From: Eledone cirrhosa | Lineage: Eukaryota | Reading direction: 5' to 3' | DNA: 64,000 bases | Assembly: GCA_964016885.1 (NCBI GenBank) | Contig: OZ024742.1 | Location: 249,426,001-249,490,000 of the forward strand | In this document: positions 1-14,094 of the stretch, piece after piece | Layout of the letters: each line of letters starts with the position of its first letter | Position numbering within the stretch: position 1 is the first letter of the stretch | Notes under the pieces: generated by a model | Told to the model about the DNA's origin: nothing | Databases searched by the model: none | Seen by the model: only the letters and a program-made list of their open reading frames with translations | Made by a program: the position numbers and the translations under genes

Positions 1-93
1 AGAAGATTTAAAACTTATTTTTTAATTTTTGACTTGATTACCTTGTTTTCATATATCTCTGTCTCTCATTCATTCTCTTTCTTTCAGCCTCCT

Positions 94-136
<43 letters not shown>

Positions 137-323
137 CTTCTCTCTCTCTCTGTCTTCGTCTCTAAGGTCAGGTTTATTTGCAAACGTCATTAACGTCATT
201 AATTTTCAGTGACGCAATTACAATTCATAATTTAATAATTAATCAATTATGGAAGATTATGTGTTGGTAGTGGTTCCTCGTCTCAACTTTCTATGTCAGT
301 GTGTATGTATGGATATATATATA

Positions 324-354
<31 letters not shown>

Positions 355-453
355 ATTCGTGTGTATGTATGTAAATATGCAAGTTTGTGTATGTGGGTGT
401 GCTTACACACGTATACACAAACACACAGACACATACACACGCGCACACGCTCA

Positions 454-555
<102 letters not shown>

Positions 556-629
556 TATATACATATATATACATATATATATGTATATATATGTATATAT
601 GTATGTAAGTATATATTTATATATTAATA

Positions 630-713
<84 letters not shown>

Positions 714-993
714 TGTATATATAGTTTATTTCGGAATACACTGTATGCTTAATTTAAAGCATTTCGAAGACATTATGCTATTGTTTTAGAGTAGTGACAG
801 ACTCACTTACTTTAATTTTCAGCAAACAGGGGTAGATAAAGCTGACAAGACCTTGTTTCGCATTTATTGATGCTTATCAAAGCCAACTACTCTTCCTGTT
901 TGCTGATATCATGGATGTTTGGTTCTTATAGAATTCCAATAATAATCAGGAACTGATTATACAGAGCGGTTGCCGGTCAAGCAGAAATTGAAA

Positions 994-1018
<25 letters not shown>

Positions 1019-1024
<6 letters not shown>

Positions 1025-1088
1025 TAACAGATTAAAGTTTAAGCAAAGAATCGCTGCTTTGGATTTTAGTCTTCAAATTTATTATTAT

Positions 1089-1092
<4 letters not shown>
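1019..1092. repeat. PLE terminal-repeat family A fragment (inverted piece fused to sense tail)
   Basis: ttaaaataacagattaaagtttaagcaaagaatcgctgcttt (antisense) joined to ggattttagtcttcaaatttattatt (sense); same family at 4967, 13920, 17884, 27376. Confidence 0.75.
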
Positions 1093-1127
<35 letters not shown>

Positions 1128-1129
1128 AA

Positions 1130-1325
1130 TGTTAGTACAGCATTAACAAAGCCTTAGATCGCGGCAAGCTAACGAATGCAAATTCGGTATGTAGCTTTAG
1201 CACTCGAATGGGAATAGTACCCCCAGAGTAATAACAATACGTTTAGACAGCTTAGCAAATAAAATATAGCGATCGGCAGTCCAGCCGCATTACCACAGCA
1301 ACGAAAATACAGGACTCAGGAAAAG

Positions 1326-1328
<3 letters not shown>
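1130..1328 (+). repeat. Interspersed repeat, homologous to 16378-16575, flanked by (TA)n
   Basis: Shared blocks gtacagcat, tgtagctttagcactc, agacagcttagcaaa, cggcagtcc, gcaacgaaaatacaggac. Confidence 0.7.
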
Positions 1329-1387
<59 letters not shown>

Positions 1388-1635
1388 TAAGAGGAATTCC
1401 AACTTTGATTTACTCGTTTTATTTACAATCCTTTAAAATTTATAATGGTATAATAATGAAATAGTATGATAGAATATTAAATGTTAAGTGTTAATTGAAC
1501 AAGTACTTTCATGCTTTCGCAATCTTCAGGTTCATAATGTGTGGTGACAGTCAAGTTTGCAATTTTCAACTGAAAGTTGGAATTCCTCTTATTAATATAA
1601 TCTTCTATACACAATCATACACACCCGTGTATATT

Positions 1636-1673
<38 letters not shown>

Positions 1674-1686
1674 TATACACGCACAT

Positions 1687-1750
<64 letters not shown>

Positions 1751-2890
1751 TGACGCTCACCAACAGTTAATATATGACATGCTGGCTACTGCAAAAGGTT
1801 TTTTAAAGCCATTGTAAGACTAGGTTATTACATGTAAATATCTTAACTGGCACCGTCTCATTGGAGTCTTAATATTCACTACTCAGAATATATTACATGA
1901 GCATAGTGGATTTACGATGTCTTAATTCCTGTAATAGCCATTTATATAGGTAGAAATATATTTCGATTGTTTTGTGTGTTGAAGTGTACTATTAGACCGA
2001 GTAAGTTCTTGGGACAGGGTCAAGGCAACTGGTGGTAGGCGGATTAGATCTTTTATCTATAATGAACTATATACAGACTGATGACAGGCTCAAGATATCA
2101 CAGGCGTTGTAGGTGCGTTAAACCGACAGTGTTGTATCAAGTATAAACATACCTCAGACTCGAGACATCTGAGCTGCTGTGGGTGGTTTAAAAGATCAGC
2201 GTTGGATCAAGTATTAAGTATAGATAATATGAAATGTTCAAGTGATCTACACTGTTGTAGGTGTGGATTGAAGTTTTAGTGTTGGATCTCATACATCTGG
2301 GGTGTTCTGCTTGGATTAGATCTGGGGTGTTGTATAACTTTCGAATTAGCATATGGTGATTGGCATCACGATGATGCGGCTGCTACAGATTATGATGATT
2401 ATAAGGAATGGAGGAGGAGGAGTATGGGGAGAGAGGTGTGTGTGGAGATGGTGGTGGTATTGAAGATATGAGGGTGATATAGCTGGGGTTGATGATAATG
2501 ACGAATGAGCTAAAGATTGTGACGATGAAGATGAGGATGATGATGACGTTCTTAATGATAATGGTAATTATGACTGTGCTGCTATCATTGGTGGTAGAGC
2601 AGTGATGGTGTAATAGGTGCTGAGGGTGGTGATGGAGTTCAGGTTATTGATGTTTATGGTGGTGATGTTTATGACGATGGCAACGACGAGGATATTTTGA
2701 AAGCAAATCTTGCATATTTGCAATAAATGTACTCTGTGACCTCTTTACAGACGCCGCTGCATGCTTTAGTACTACACAATTATGTATTTCAGGTGCTGTA
2801 ATATACCCGTGTAAACGTCTACACACACATATACATACAAACCGACATATATATATACGCACATACATACATACTCGCACATAACCACAG

Positions 2891-2977
<87 letters not shown>

Positions 2978-3103
2978 AATACATACGCCGGCGCACTATA
3001 TGTGTATGAGAGTAGGTAGGTAAGAGTTCACACTCAACTGAAACCAATTCCAACATCGATCGATCAATTTACAAATTTCATGTCGTTTCGTTTCAAGTTT
3101 AAG

Positions 3104-3134
<31 letters not shown>

Positions 3135-3197
3135 ATATATATATATATTTATATATATATATATATATATAAAAATATGTATATATATACAAATATA

Positions 3198-3235
<38 letters not shown>

Positions 3236-3405
3236 CGCGCGCGTGTGTCTGTAAGGTTATAGAATGTGAGAAACTATCGAAGTGCCCCAGCATGACTTTA
3301 TCACGTGGAATGAAACAAGTAAATGAGTACTTTTGTATAGATGTATATAATATATAACTCTCTCTCTCTCTGTATATATATATATATATATGTATGTATA
3401 TATGT

Positions 3406-3536
<131 letters not shown>

Positions 3537-3854
3537 GTTTTTTCAGCACCAAAACTGCACCCAAATCTTGAGCAATCCTCAAATATGCGTCCTGACATCC
3601 GCATCGTTTATAATTTTCGGTTTATATTTACAATTCAATTGGAGTACATATATTAGAGGGGGTCGCTCGGCTTCGGTAAAACATGACATGACAGTAAATG
3701 ATGATGTATTAGTATTAAATAATCATTGGCACGGTACATGTTGGTGCAAGTCTGATTGACATTCTACGGCTTTTGGGTTTCAGTTTAACTTCACAAAACT
3801 AAGATTATTTTCGTACAAAGTAAGATGGTGTTGCTTGAGTAATTGGCTATGAAG

Positions 3855-3923
<69 letters not shown>

Positions 3924-4174
3924 TACAGACACACACATCCACGCAGACACATTTGTCTCCTTCTGTGTGTCTGTGAAACAACCTTGTGTATGTCATTGTG
4001 TGTGAACAATCCAAATTGGCTCACTTACGAATCATTGGCAAATTCTCGTCCGTCATATGAGAGAGGCGTAGTTCGATTCGCAACATGTCTCTTTGTACAC
4101 ACACACACACACAGACACAGACACACACATATATATATATAAATATATATTTATTTATATATATCTTTATATAT

Positions 4175-4935
4175 ATTGTTATGCTTTGGGAGGGTCATGT
4201 TGCCAATAAGAAACACGCGCACCAAGTGATTTCACTCCAATTTATTATAAATTAAATTTGTAAATTTAAGAATTTATAAATTTCCGGTTGGTTGGTTGGT
4301 TTCACAACCGGACGGTTGTTCATATATTTTCAAAGTTCTTTTGTCACACATTCTGTGACCTCTTCAGTGACTGGGGATTCTTTTCTTTGCTTTTGTGCCT
4401 CTACTTTGTTCTGTTCTACGCCATTTTGTTTTTGTGTGTGTTGTGTGCTTAGTTTGCGCATGTGTTACATCCGAGTGTCTGTGTGTGTTTATATTTGTTT
4501 ATTTATTTGTTTATTTACATGTTACAGGTTGGTTGTTTGTTCTATGTGTGCGTGTGTTTTCATTTTGTCCTTAATCGTAAGTTGTGATGTTGCTGTTCCA
4601 TTCATGTTTTCTATTTAATTTTGGTTGGAGTTCATTTATGTCTATTGCCTCTGTGATTTGTCTAAACATTGCGTCTCTTCTGTGTGTAGATTCTATTTTT
4701 TATCTCTATGTTCTCTAATTTACCCTTATGTTCTATTTTAGCATGTTGTTGGAGTACAGATGATTCTTTTCTATCTTGAAGCTCTCGCCAGTGTTCATTT
4801 ATCCGTTCCCCTATACTACGAGCTGTCTCACCTATGTACACTATATTCTTATCTCCACATTGTCCTTCAGTACATCTTATGCTATATACTACATTTCTAG
4901 TTTTACAGTTAATATGGGGCCTTAGTTTACAGATT
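4175..4935 (-). mobile_element. Degenerate Penelope-like element 3' end (GIY-YIG remnant, 3' UTR, HHR-bearing terminal repeat), family B
   Basis: Minus strand near 4810-4840 encodes YIGETARS; 4175-4625 closely matches 48838-49290; HHR remnant at 4330-4370 has GAAA changed to AAAA. Confidence 0.8.
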
Positions 4936-4966
4936 ATACATTTCTTATCTATACAAGGAGGTCTTT

Positions 4967-5555
<589 letters not shown>

Positions 5556-5865
5556 TATATATCAATATTATTAATAAATGGAAACTATATTTATATTTAT
5601 AAAACCATATTTATATATATATATAGTGTATGTGTGAGAGAAAGATTGTATGTGTATGTATAGGTGGTAAATTGCAGTTTTGTTAGAATATCATGCGAAA
5701 TGGCTTGCAGTAGAAACCATTTTTCAATCTACGCTTTAATTCATTAACTTGGTCGTTCGTGATTCTTGTGGCCTTAATATACACCAATCATATAGAGTAT
5801 TAAATATACATACACAATTTCACGTACAAAGTAAAACACACGCACACAAACAGAAACACATAGAC

Positions 5866-5958
<93 letters not shown>

Positions 5959-6079
5959 CATACATACACTAATCATATGGGTCATTAATTGTGATATATT
6001 TATAAACCTGACAACCTCTTCCTCTTTATATTGAAATAATTTAAGAGACATAAATATATATATATATATATATATACGC

Positions 6080-6183
<104 letters not shown>

Positions 6184-7279
6184 TGTGTGTGTTTGTGTGT
6201 ATGCTCATATGTATATATATGTGTGGGTGTCTTTGTGCGTGTAGATGTGTGTGAGGTCATTTTTAATTTAATTTGTTTCTAAATTGTGATTAATCATTTC
6301 AAAGTTTGATGGGGTTGAAATGATGGAATAAATATAATTATTTTTTAAATAGAAATGAAACAAAAACAACAAAAATAAAATAAGCAACATTCTAGCAAAC
6401 GTCCCGACAAAGCAAAGTAGTCTGTGTAGTAATTATTTAATTGACTTCCAGTGCTAAATCCATTTGTAATATTGTCAAATTTTGTGACCACAAAAATGAC
6501 ACACTGCTGGCGCCGCCTAACTTTATTGAATAGATTCTCACGATGAAGTTTATACAAATATGCTTTGTGATTTTGCTGTACCGACACAGCCTGACCGGCT
6601 GGGTGAGAGACTCGCTCCACGATTACGAGTTTCTGGTTTCGATCTTATTTATTTCGGATTTCTTAGAGCGGCAATAATATTTACTGTTTATGTATTTTAC
6701 ATAAAAGCTATCTGTGTTGTTGCTATATGGAGGTGGATGGGCTGGTCGAAGGGTTATAAAGCTTGCTTTACACAAATATGTCACGGTGTTCAGTCACAAT
6801 CTCGCGGGATGTGTTATAGCGTCAAAAAGGATATATTGACGTACCTATGCTCTCAGTTCAATACTCCCCTATCTTTATCAACAAGCTGATAACATCAAAA
6901 GATAGGAGTCATTTGTAGCTAAATAAACATCTTAGTGTACCTGGAAACTGCACGAACATATGTTATACAACGACAACAAAACCAAGTCTATGAAACCCTG
7001 GGTTTTTACAGTTTATATGCAGAACCAATAGAGGAAAGGCAATTTTTGAATATCATCTGCTCTCTATTTCAAATTACGATTGCACCTCTAAGGTAATGCA
7101 ATCACCTGATGATTTAATCACTCCATAAAGGTGATATGATCCTGTAGATTATATTAAGGAGCAGATGTTAGCAAGATGTCAGATCTGTAGAAACTGTCTT
7201 GGAACCATTTCCCAAACATCAGACAAGATTATAAGGTTAAATTGTTAAACATACATACCAACTGTATGTATTGGTTTTC

Positions 7280-7319
<40 letters not shown>

Positions 7320-7417
7320 ATTTAAAGAGTTAAACAAGATTCAATGAGTACATCAAAGAATGAGTTTTACAGTAGATTGTAAACACTCCACAGTAAGATA
7401 TTTTCCAGAGTTATTAA

Positions 7418-7711
7418 TATTAAATTCAAATATTAATAAAATAGATGTTCTTGTGATCAATTAAATTTTATTATACATATTTCAGAGGTACTTGAATCAA
7501 GTTCAATAGTACGTCCTCATCAGATAAAATAAAATAAAATCTTAACCAATTAAAATAAAATCTTAACCATTTAACATGTCAGGGTATGTCATGTATCATT
7601 TTATTTTATCTGATGAGGACGTACTATTGAACTTGATTCAAGTACCTCTGAAATATGTATAATAAAATTTAATTGATCACAAGAACATCTATTTCATTAA
7701 TATTTGAATTT

Positions 7712-7716
<5 letters not shown>
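7418..7716. repeat. Inverted repeat (~118-bp arms) carrying a hammerhead motif in each arm
   Basis: 7418-7535 is reverse-complementary to 7598-7716. Confidence 0.85.
7603..7667 (+). ncRNA. Type I hammerhead ribozyme motif
   Basis: attttat CTGATGA ggacgtactattgaacttgattcaagtacctct GAAA t atgt ATA ataaaat; stem I attttat/ataaaat; antisense twin at ~7466-7530. Confidence 0.65.
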
Positions 7717-7806
<90 letters not shown>

Positions 7807-7993
7807 GTTGAAAATGTATATGAATAACAACTTTTAATATATTCCCCCTTGTCTTATATTTCTACATTTACTTCAATCATTTTCTCTATCCTCTTTCCTC
7901 TCACTTTCTTACCTCTCTTTTTTCTTTTCTCTATGTCTATCTATCACTCTATCTGTCTCTTTCTCTCTCTCTCTCTCTGTATATATATATATT

Positions 7994-8081
<88 letters not shown>

Positions 8082-8764
8082 AGATGGGTGCAACTTGATT
8101 TCGAGTAATACCATCGCTTGATACTTAAGCATGGGCATCACGGTTGTGGCTTTTTAGTCCTGCTAGGGATTTGCCTATGCCCAGAAATACCATGCATCAC
8201 AGAAAATGTCAAATATCAAGCGATGCTTGTACTTGAAACATTTAAGTGAAGAAAGTCTTTGCACCGGGTCAATCCCATTCTCTGAACATCAAATGCATTT
8301 ATCCAAAAAGAACTGATCTACAAGATTAGATGAAAACGAAGCTGCAGATTTTATATCAGAGTGACCTTCTCCTTGAGGGATGTCATAATGAAGACTGTGA
8401 GTCTCTCGCGTCACAAAAAAATACCAAAATCTGTATTGAATTGCCGTTGACTCCACGTGTGCATATATGTATGAATGAATGTGTGTTTGCATTTACAATT
8501 ATATAACACTGGTGCGGTACTGGCGGAGAAAATACCATGCGGTGTTTATGTTTTGAGTCCTGCCGATGTCAGCTTTGGTTTCATTTTCCTTCGGGACAAG
8601 ATATAATACCAGTTAAATTTTCGTATCAATGTAATAAACTGCAACCCTGCGACCAATATGACAGTGTAAATATCAGAAACATTAAACATTTTGCTAGGGA
8701 ACATTAATATCCTTGTATATATATAAAAACCTCTCACTACATTATTATGTAAGATTATTTCTTA

Positions 8765-8940
8765 AGTATCGGTAGAGGGTCGGACGCCATGCTTTCCAGC
8801 ATAGTTACGTCCCTTTACGATCTGAGTTCAAATCCTGCCGAGGTTGACTTTGCCTTTCATCCTTAGGGGGTCGATAAAATAAAGTACCAGTAATGCACTG
8901 GATAATTGCTGGCCTTGTGCCTAAAGTAGAAACAATTATT
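8765..8940 (+). mobile_element. tRNA-derived SINE (octopus OR-like family), 5'-truncated
   Basis: B-box-like gagttcaaatcc; body gccgaggttgactttgcctttcatcc...ggggtcgataaaataaagtaccag; TSD-like attatttcttaagt on both sides. Confidence 0.8.
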
Positions 8941-9289
8941 TCTTAAGTTTTCTTCGAAACAACAACTTAATGAAAAATGTAGTTATATTGTACAATAGCT
9001 TGAAATGTTTCACTATTTCAATTATATTTGCAAATCATAGGCCGTGTCTCGCTATAGAAATATGCTAATGAAGTGTGTAAATTGTTCATAATTATCAGAA
9101 AGCCTTCCATCATAATTTAATGTAACAAAAACCATCTTAATAATAAGATGATTAGTTATATTATTATTAAATCTTTAGAAATTACTTGAAAATCATAGGT
9201 AGTATGATTTATGAAAAATATGGTAACAAATCGGTTAATATGGTCATCTTCTCTCTCTATATACATAACTATCTATCTATGTAGTTATC

Positions 9290-9320
<31 letters not shown>

Positions 9321-9729
9321 GAAAGAGAGGGAGAGAGAAGGAGAGAGAAAGATAACTAAATAGATACGTAGTTAAGTAGATAGATAGTTGATAGATAGAG
9401 AGAGAGAGGGGGGGCAGGAGAGAGAGAGAGAGAGACAGAGAGATAGAAAGGGGGCGAGAGAGAGTGGGAGGGAGATAAGCACATGTGACTTAGATAATGG
9501 TGGCGATTGAAAATTTTGAAAATATAATTAATAGATTTTAACGTAAACGAAAATAACCTCATATTAGGGTATATTATAGAGCATAATAGTCTAATAATAA
9601 TGCATCTGAACCCTCAAAATGGGAAGAAGTAGCCATTAGCATACTAATCACATTTTTTATTCTGTAATGGGGTCTCATATTCCCTAATATTAGACTATTT
9701 TCTCTACTCAATATTCGGTGAAAGCTTCA

Positions 9730-9764
<35 letters not shown>

Positions 9765-9789
9765 TGTATATATATATATATATTTACAC

Positions 9790-9915
9790 ACGAGGGGGTG
9801 CTAAAAATTCTTGGCTCTAAGGGTACCCCGAAAGAGTAGACTGTTACCTTCACGGGGGAGGTAAGACAACTATTTAGGTGAAGTTCATATTACTGTTTAT
9901 TCAGACATTATATAG
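9790..9915 (+). mobile_element. Possible Tc1/mariner-type terminal fragment
   Basis: acgagggggtgctaaaaattcttggct resembles mariner TIRs (TACGAGGG...AAAAGTT); partner end not found. Confidence 0.4.
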
Positions 9916-9989
9916 TGGTGTTGGTGGTGATGTATGGATTTGTATATGTATGTAAATATATATGTATGTATATATATATATATATATAT

Positions 9990-10157
9990 CTAAGGCGGGT
10001 AAAATTCCCGAGATCCATGGACGAGTTCTCTCCAGCGGTCTCTGTCCCTCATTATCGCTGCCATATCCTGCATCTCCAACAGACCAGTGTCTGTCCTTAG
10101 GGCATCAACATATGTTAACCTTGGTCTTCCTCTTCTAGTGTGTCCATGTAGGGGCTC

Positions 10158-10161
<4 letters not shown>
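9990..10161 (-). mobile_element. RTE-type LINE 3' end fragment
   Basis: Encodes WEPLHGHTRRGRPRLTYVDALRTDTG...RDRDRWRELV; near-identical to 55243-55407. Confidence 0.85.
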
Positions 10162-10255
<94 letters not shown>

Positions 10256-10256
<1 letters not shown>

Positions 10257-10520
10257 CTTTATTTGCCACGAGGGCGCAAAAGAAAATGGGACAATACAAA
10301 GACATGGTGGGGATTTTATATACAGTTGTGTAAAAAATATAAAAACAAACAATTACAACAATCGAAATCCTCAATAGGGGGGGAAGCGCCACAAATGGGT
10401 TGTTTAATACCCCGTCGGTAGAACGACCCTCAACTCCTGGAGCATGTTGTGCAAGTGCTCCTTTCTTCCTTTTGCTCTCTTCTTTCGCTTCATTCACCCA
10501 CGTTTCAGTAAATTTACTAG
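10256..10520 (-). mobile_element. Probable L1/Tx1-type LINE 3' end
   Basis: Minus strand: SKFTETWVNEAK C-terminal motif, 3' UTR ending aataaag directly into (TC)n. Confidence 0.45.
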
Positions 10521-10559
10521 ATAGATAGATAGATAGAGAGAGAGATAGATAGATAGATT

Positions 10560-10610
<51 letters not shown>

Positions 10611-10631
10611 CGAGAGAGAGATAGAGAGATA

Positions 10632-10688
<57 letters not shown>

Positions 10689-11255
10689 CGGTTATTCTGA
10701 CAAAAAACGCAGCTCGCAAACTATTTATGGAGCCTTAAAAATAACGTCACACCTTTTTCTATCAAATGGAATATATAAGAACAGCCTCCCCATGTTAATG
10801 GGACGAAATTTTGCAGGCCATGTTACTAGAAAAAATGGTGTGTACTCTATCATTTGACCTCAGATAAACACTGCTTAAATACACGCCTTGACCTCTTTAG
10901 CCACTGTCCGCACGAAACAAAATACATTCTGAGTAAACATTATTGACCTGACTGACTAATTCAGATATCAAAGCATATATTTTCTTTTAATTACTAATTT
11001 GTACATCAAGGGATCTGGATTCTTTGAGTTACTAACTTAGCATACATTTCCCTACAATTGATATTAATTTTATAGCTATCTATAAATATTTTTGAAATTA
11101 CTTGATTTTCAAGAGCTCTCGAATAATCTTCACGAAAGAAATTACATTCAACCACCAGAGGCCATCTTTATCTTCATAACAGGCCGAATGCGTTGGGGTG
11201 CATAACCAAAGTTAAATTAAATACCTGCCTATGTCACTGTTATAAGTAATATATC

Positions 11256-11329
<74 letters not shown>

Positions 11330-11337
<8 letters not shown>

Positions 11338-11512
11338 TGTATACGTACATACATATATGCATACAGACGTACATATATATATGTGTGCATGTATGTATAT
11401 ATACATACTACTGTTCGGCTGTATACGTATATGTATATGCGTATACATACTTATATTTAAGTATCAGCCGTACTAAGAGTGAGAAATGAAATTTCATTTG
11501 ATTCTTTTTCAT
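11330..11512 (-). repeat. Partial copy of the 442-bp HHR repeat family (28980-29720, 38984-39935)
   Basis: Shares cgtactaagagtgagaaatgaaatttc and catactactg with 29220-29340; the orientation as written matches the + strand of 29xxx, so strand of the parent element is uncertain. Confidence 0.6.
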
Positions 11513-11529
11513 ATATATATATATATATA

Positions 11530-12076
11530 TGGTGGTGGCTGCCATCTCGTTTTCGAGTACGGCCACTACTTTATATCCATGTAAGAGAACCCCTACCGAT
11601 ACACTGAACGAGTGTGACGTTTTAGTCCAGCCAGCGACTTGAAAACTCTGGTACAAACACTACACTTGTGACAATTATTGACACATAGTGCTGGGCTCAT
11701 GTTACCATATGACGACAAGTGTAGAGAGATCTCCAGATATAAAGCAATGCCTGTGCCGTGAGCAAAGGCACTGCACAAAGCCAGTCCCACTCTCTTAACC
11801 AAGATGATATTTACCAAAAAGAAGAACAAGTCAACATCATTGGATACCATCAGGGTTGCAGGTGTTATATCAGAGTTTTCCTTCTCCTAGAATTCTGCCT
11901 TGACAAAAGCTAAGGGGTCATCTCTCCTGGTGATTTTGGATGGCCATTGACTCTTAAGAGCTCCTTTGGCCTTTGACAGGTTTTTTTTTTTGTCCTGCAG
12001 GATTCCAAAGTCACCCTCCTCACCAAGAAACCTTGGTGGGGTTGCCAGTTTAGTCGCCAACGACCCGACCATGAGA
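11530..12076 (-). mobile_element. Short non-autonomous RTE-derived element (5' UTR plus 3' zinc-finger end)
   Basis: Minus strand starts ggtcgggtcgttggcgactaaactggcaaccccacc (RTE-like 5' UTR); ends with CSVCTRVFKSLAGLKRH and the hairpin tail gtactcgaaaacgagatggcagccaccacc; (TA)n on both sides. Confidence 0.65.
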
Positions 12077-12077
12077 C

Positions 12078-12195
<118 letters not shown>

Positions 12196-12927
12196 CAGGT
12201 TACATATTTCAATTTTCCTTTGAAGTGTACATGACATGAATATATAATACAATAAATTGATATTGAATATGTGAAACCACCTCTCTTCTATGTTTGATAA
12301 CTGTCTGATACCATATACGTTATACCTTATGGTACCTGTGACGGTGACTGCTTCCGCCAGATTACACCGTTTTTCGTCGATTGTCTTGGTCAACCAACAC
12401 TTATTAACGTAATATACATAGACATTTATACGCACACACACATGTAAAAATGACTATCGTGTTCCACTAAAATATGGAATGTTAGCTAAGCTCCGTTTCA
12501 TTGTCACATGACACTGATAGTGACGTTGGCTATTGTAATGGCCATTCCACATCGTATAGAGCGGGCTAGTGATTGACCTGTTCCGCGGAGGCTAACTCCC
12601 CACCGATGAAATTACTCTTAGCTGATTAAGTAAAGTTTAATAGCTTTACCTAATTCCTGTGCACGCCAGTCCAACATGGACTGCCACCAATAGACAGTGT
12701 CACAGAAACTAGTGCCTAGTCCGGAGACAGAGAATTAAATTCTCTACCCACACGAAATCGTTTCTCTCATTATTAACGTATAAGTGTACACTCTGGTTTC
12801 CTTTTTGGTTGATATCCTAATGATGCTGACTTAATTAAAGCAGTGAGTGGGTGAGAAAACGGTCGGAGATACATTGGTTCTTCCGATGACTTCATTTCAA
12901 TATTATTATATTATAGATATATCTATT

Positions 12928-13455
<528 letters not shown>

Positions 13456-13462
13456 TTTCTAT

Positions 13463-13518
<56 letters not shown>

Positions 13519-13602
13519 TAGATAGATGTGTGTGTGTATGTATGTATGCATGTATATATATATATACATATATATATGTATATATATATATTATATTTAT
13601 TA

Positions 13603-13665
13603 GGTGAATTGGCAGTATCGGTAGAAGATCGGACGCCATGCTTTGACACATAGAGTTACGGCCTT
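13603..13665 (+). mobile_element. SINE head fragment
   Basis: ggtgaattggcagtatcggtagaagatcggacgccatgctttgacacatagagttacggcc. Confidence 0.8.
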
Positions 13666-14073
13666 AGCTAGGATCTCCCAGTGTAACTTATATTGGGAGT
13701 GGTTGTCTTTTAGACTCCAGATATAAACTGAAAGCGACGTCATATTCCTTCTTAAAGGGTTAAGAAAAGAATGGGTATGCATGGAAAGACGTATTATCTT
13801 CGTTTTTCCGTTCTTTGCCAGGGAAGGTTTCCACGAACCAAGGTATCGTCTTCTTGTCTTCCTTCGGTTGAAACTTTTTTCGAAATATTTACTTCTGCGT
13901 TCACAGATTGCTTTTTTTTCCAGAAGATCCCGTTAGGGGTGAAAGCAGCGATTCTATGCTTAAACTTTAATCTGTTATATTAATAAATATTTGCTGTACG
14001 GTTCTTATATATTTGATATATATTTATCCTTATCGAGCCCTCTTTGGATTTCAGTCTTCAAATTTATTATTAT
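13666..14073. mobile_element. Truncated PLE family A copy: inverted GIY-YIG piece plus sense terminal repeat
   Basis: 13666-13785 matches 28638-28760 (minus strand HTHSF...TSLSVYIWSLKD); 13787-14073 is the reverse complement of 27376-27665. Confidence 0.8.
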
Positions 14074-14094
14074 TACCATATATATATATATATA

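Noticed and set aside
11593-11850. Host C2H2 zinc-finger exon
   Set aside because: Single finger directly followed by an RTE-type 3' tail; better explained as a LINE end
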